DNA from: a virus
Reading direction: 5' to 3' (one strand)
Virus record (IMG/VR): IMGVR_UViG_3300031616_000014
Coordinates: 1 to 42,079 of that record
DNA: 42,079 nt
Shown here: positions 40,670 through 42,079 of the stretch, one piece after another
Position numbering within the stretch: the first letter of the stretch is position 1
Layout: each line of letters begins with the position of its first letter
Program-made: the position numbers and the translations under genes
The notes under the pieces: model-generated
Seen by the model: the letters and a program-made list of their open reading frames with translations, nothing else
Databases searched by the model: none
Told to the model about the DNA's origin: nothing

Positions 40670-40827
40670 CCCGCGATGAAGCATTCGCCCAGGGTTTCCG
40701 CCTAGCGTGGCGCAATATCTGGCTAATCGCTCTGACCTTCGTGCTCGCCTTTGCCGCCATGTCCGCGATCGGATACTTCGCGGAGCAAGTCGAGATAGCC
40801 AACGCCATTCAGAGGGCAGCGCAATGA
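40666..40827 (+). CDS. Small membrane protein (53 aa)
   Basis: MTRDEAFAQGFRLAWRNIWLIALTFVLAFAAMSAIGYFAEQVEIANAIQRAAQ. One TM helix. ATGA coupling at both ends. Confidence 0.45.
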   Translation: MTRDEAFAQGFRLAWRNIWLIALTFVLAFAAMSAIGYFAEQVEIANAIQRAAQ

Positions 40828-40904
40828 GCGACGCCATGATCTGGCTGATAATCGCCGTGGTTATTGGCATCGGTATCGAGGCTGTGAAGAGGGCAATGCG
40901 ATGA
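40824..40904 (+). CDS. Micro membrane ORF (26 aa)
   Basis: MSDAMIWLIIAVVIGIGIEAVKRAMR. ATGA coupling at both ends. Confidence 0.35.
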   Translation: MSDAMIWLIIAVVIGIGIEAVKRAMR

Positions 40905-41062
40905 CAGCGGCTTTCATTCTTGCGGCATCGGTTGGTGGCGCATGGGCGCTGATCAACTTGGAGGAGATCATAAAGGACTCTTCCACGAAGGGCTGGGGTG
41001 TCGGCATCGGCTCCCTCATGTTCATCGTGTTCGGTTCGGCGGCAATTTGGACGGGAGCCTGA
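40901..41062 (+). CDS. Small two-TM membrane protein (53 aa)
   Basis: MTAAFILAASVGGAWALINLEEIIKDSSTKGWGVGIGSLMFIVFGSAAIWTGA. ATGA coupling upstream. Confidence 0.4.
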   Translation: MTAAFILAASVGGAWALINLEEIIKDSSTKGWGVGIGSLMFIVFGSAAIWTGA

Positions 41063-41064
41063 CT

Positions 41065-41190
41065 ATGTGCGGAGGATTTCCAGGCAGCAGAACCGGCAAG
41101 CCACTGCCCAAGATGACCCTGTGGGAAGCCCTTGTCATCCTGTGGCGTGAAACGGTGTCGCGCCCTGACCATAACAGCGAGACCAAATGA
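41065..41190 (+). CDS. Hypothetical 41-aa protein
   Basis: MCGGFPGSRTGKPLPKMTLWEALVILWRETVSRPDHNSETK. The stop overlaps the next ATG (ATGA). Confidence 0.3.
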   Translation: MCGGFPGSRTGKPLPKMTLWEALVILWRETVSRPDHNSETK

Positions 41191-41774
41191 TGCGCGTATT
41201 AATTGCCTGCGAATTTTCCGGCATCGTCAGGGAGGCATTCCGCGCCCGCGGCCACGATGCCTGGAGCTGCGATCTGCTGCCGGCTGAAGATGGCAGCGAA
41301 TACCATTTTCAAGGTGATGCACTCGTAACGAACTGGCACGAGTGGGATCTGATGATCTGCCACCCGCCCTGCACTCACCTAGCTGTCAGCGGCGCTCGCT
41401 GGTTCAAGGACAAGTTGGAGGAACAAACTCAGGCGCTTTGGTTCGTCAGTAGCCTGCTGAATGCCCCTGTCCCGCGTATCGCGCTTGAGAACCCGATCAG
41501 CATCATCTCGTCCAAGATCCGTAAACCGGACCAGATCATCCAGCCCTGGCAATTCGGCCACGGCGAGGTCAAAGCAACGTGCCTTTGGCTGAAGGGGCTC
41601 CCCAAGCTTGAGCCAACGAACATCGTCGAGGGCCGCACACCGCGGGTACATTACGCCTCGCCTGGTCCCGACCGCTGGAAAGAACGCAGCCGCACGATGC
41701 AGGGTATCGCCGAAGCGATGGCTGACCAGTGGGGCGCGGTTTCGGACACTTCGCAAGATCGGGGGACTGCATGA
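41187..41774 (+). CDS. C5-cytosine methyltransferase-like protein (compact 195-aa phage type)
   Basis: The N-terminal VLIACEFSGIVREAF is motif I-like. MICHPPCTHLAVSG carries the PPC catalytic motif IV. RIALENPIS is the ENx motif VI. Confidence 0.7.
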   Translation: MMRVLIACEFSGIVREAFRARGHDAWSCDLLPAEDGSEYHFQGDALVTNWHEWDLMICHPPCTHLAVSGARWFKDKLEEQTQALWFVSSLLNAPVPRIALENPISIISSKIRKPDQIIQPWQFGHGEVKATCLWLKGLPKLEPTNIVEGRTPRVHYASPGPDRWKERSRTMQGIAEAMADQWGAVSDTSQDRGTA

Positions 41775-41944
41775 GCTACGACGACTGGAAAACACATAAC
41801 CCGGACGATGATCGTTGCGAGTTTTGCGGCGCCGCGCCGTGGGAATGTCGTGGCGGTTGGCAACCTAACAACTGCACCGGAGAGTGCGGCAAAGGCTGGC
41901 GTGATCCCGACCACGAATATGAAAAAATGAGGGATGAGGCATGA
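41771..41944 (+). CDS. Small Cys-rich protein (57 aa)
   Basis: ATG 41771 overlaps the upstream stop (ATGA). MSYDDWKTHNPDDDRCEFCGAAPWECRGGWQPNNCTGECGKGW has 5 Cys and looks zinc-binding. Confidence 0.45.
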   Translation: MSYDDWKTHNPDDDRCEFCGAAPWECRGGWQPNNCTGECGKGWRDPDHEYEKMRDEA

Positions 41945-41952
41945 ATTGTCCC

Positions 41953-42079
41953 CATCAGACACCCCAGGAGTCGGAAAGTGAGTAACGCCTTCAACATGAT
42001 GCCGAAGTGTGACCGTTGCGGCCGGTTCATGCATTGCGCTCCAGGCAGCTCCTACGCGATGCGGTGTTCTGGCTTCCCT
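41953..42079. repeat. Terminal direct repeat, copy 2 (duplicate of 1-127)
   Basis: Exact 127-nt identity with the window start. It re-presents the RBS and 5' part of the ORF annotated at 26-247. Confidence 0.97.

Noticed and set aside
1-42079. CRISPR arrays, rRNA or tRNA genes, transposases or IS elements.
   Set aside because: No regularly spaced direct repeats were found other than the replication iterons. No cloverleaf-capable intergenic segments were seen by eye. No DDE or serine-recombinase-like ORFs are present.

Overview
The window is a complete, circularly closing genome of a temperate tailed phage or excised prophage. Positions 1-127 are repeated exactly at 41953-42079, leaving 41,952 unique bp. 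The sequence is GC-rich by eye.

The host is probably an alphaproteobacterium. The evidence is a GapR/DUF2312 homologue, a DnaA domain-IV-only protein and CTTGAC-N17-CTAxxT type promoters.

Two divergent transcription arms leave a genetic switch at about 37.5 kb and converge at 6529-6532.

- **Plus arm:** a cI-like HTH gene, then Erf, a YqaJ-type exonuclease, NinB and an HNH endonuclease. These are followed by a run of tiny membrane ORFs and a C5-methyltransferase-like gene. After the contig junction come a Dam-like methyltransferase, a low-GC insert, Xis and Int, the attP region, a second C5 methyltransferase and small accessory genes.
- **Minus arm:** a near-leaderless Cro-like HTH gene and a palindrome-dense, poorly coding stretch. 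Then come a DnaA-C-like protein, a GapR-like protein and an iteron-bearing replication gene. These are followed by TerS and TerL, scaffold, major capsid and decoration genes, a podovirus-like tail and ejection module, and an HNH insert. The arm ends with the tail fibre, the lysis cassette, the portal, and five consecutive proteins with Sec signal peptides.

The most unusual items are:
1. The five-gene exported-protein cassette, translationally coupled to a displaced portal gene.
2. A DUF115/Maf-like putative glycosyltransferase immediately after a Ser/Thr-rich decoration protein.
3. A repressor gene flanked by an 18-bp inverted repeat embedded in both lytic promoters.
4. An origin built from TCCAC-core iterons next to a truncated DnaA paralogue.

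All functional calls rest on motifs read by eye from the translations. No database search was possible.
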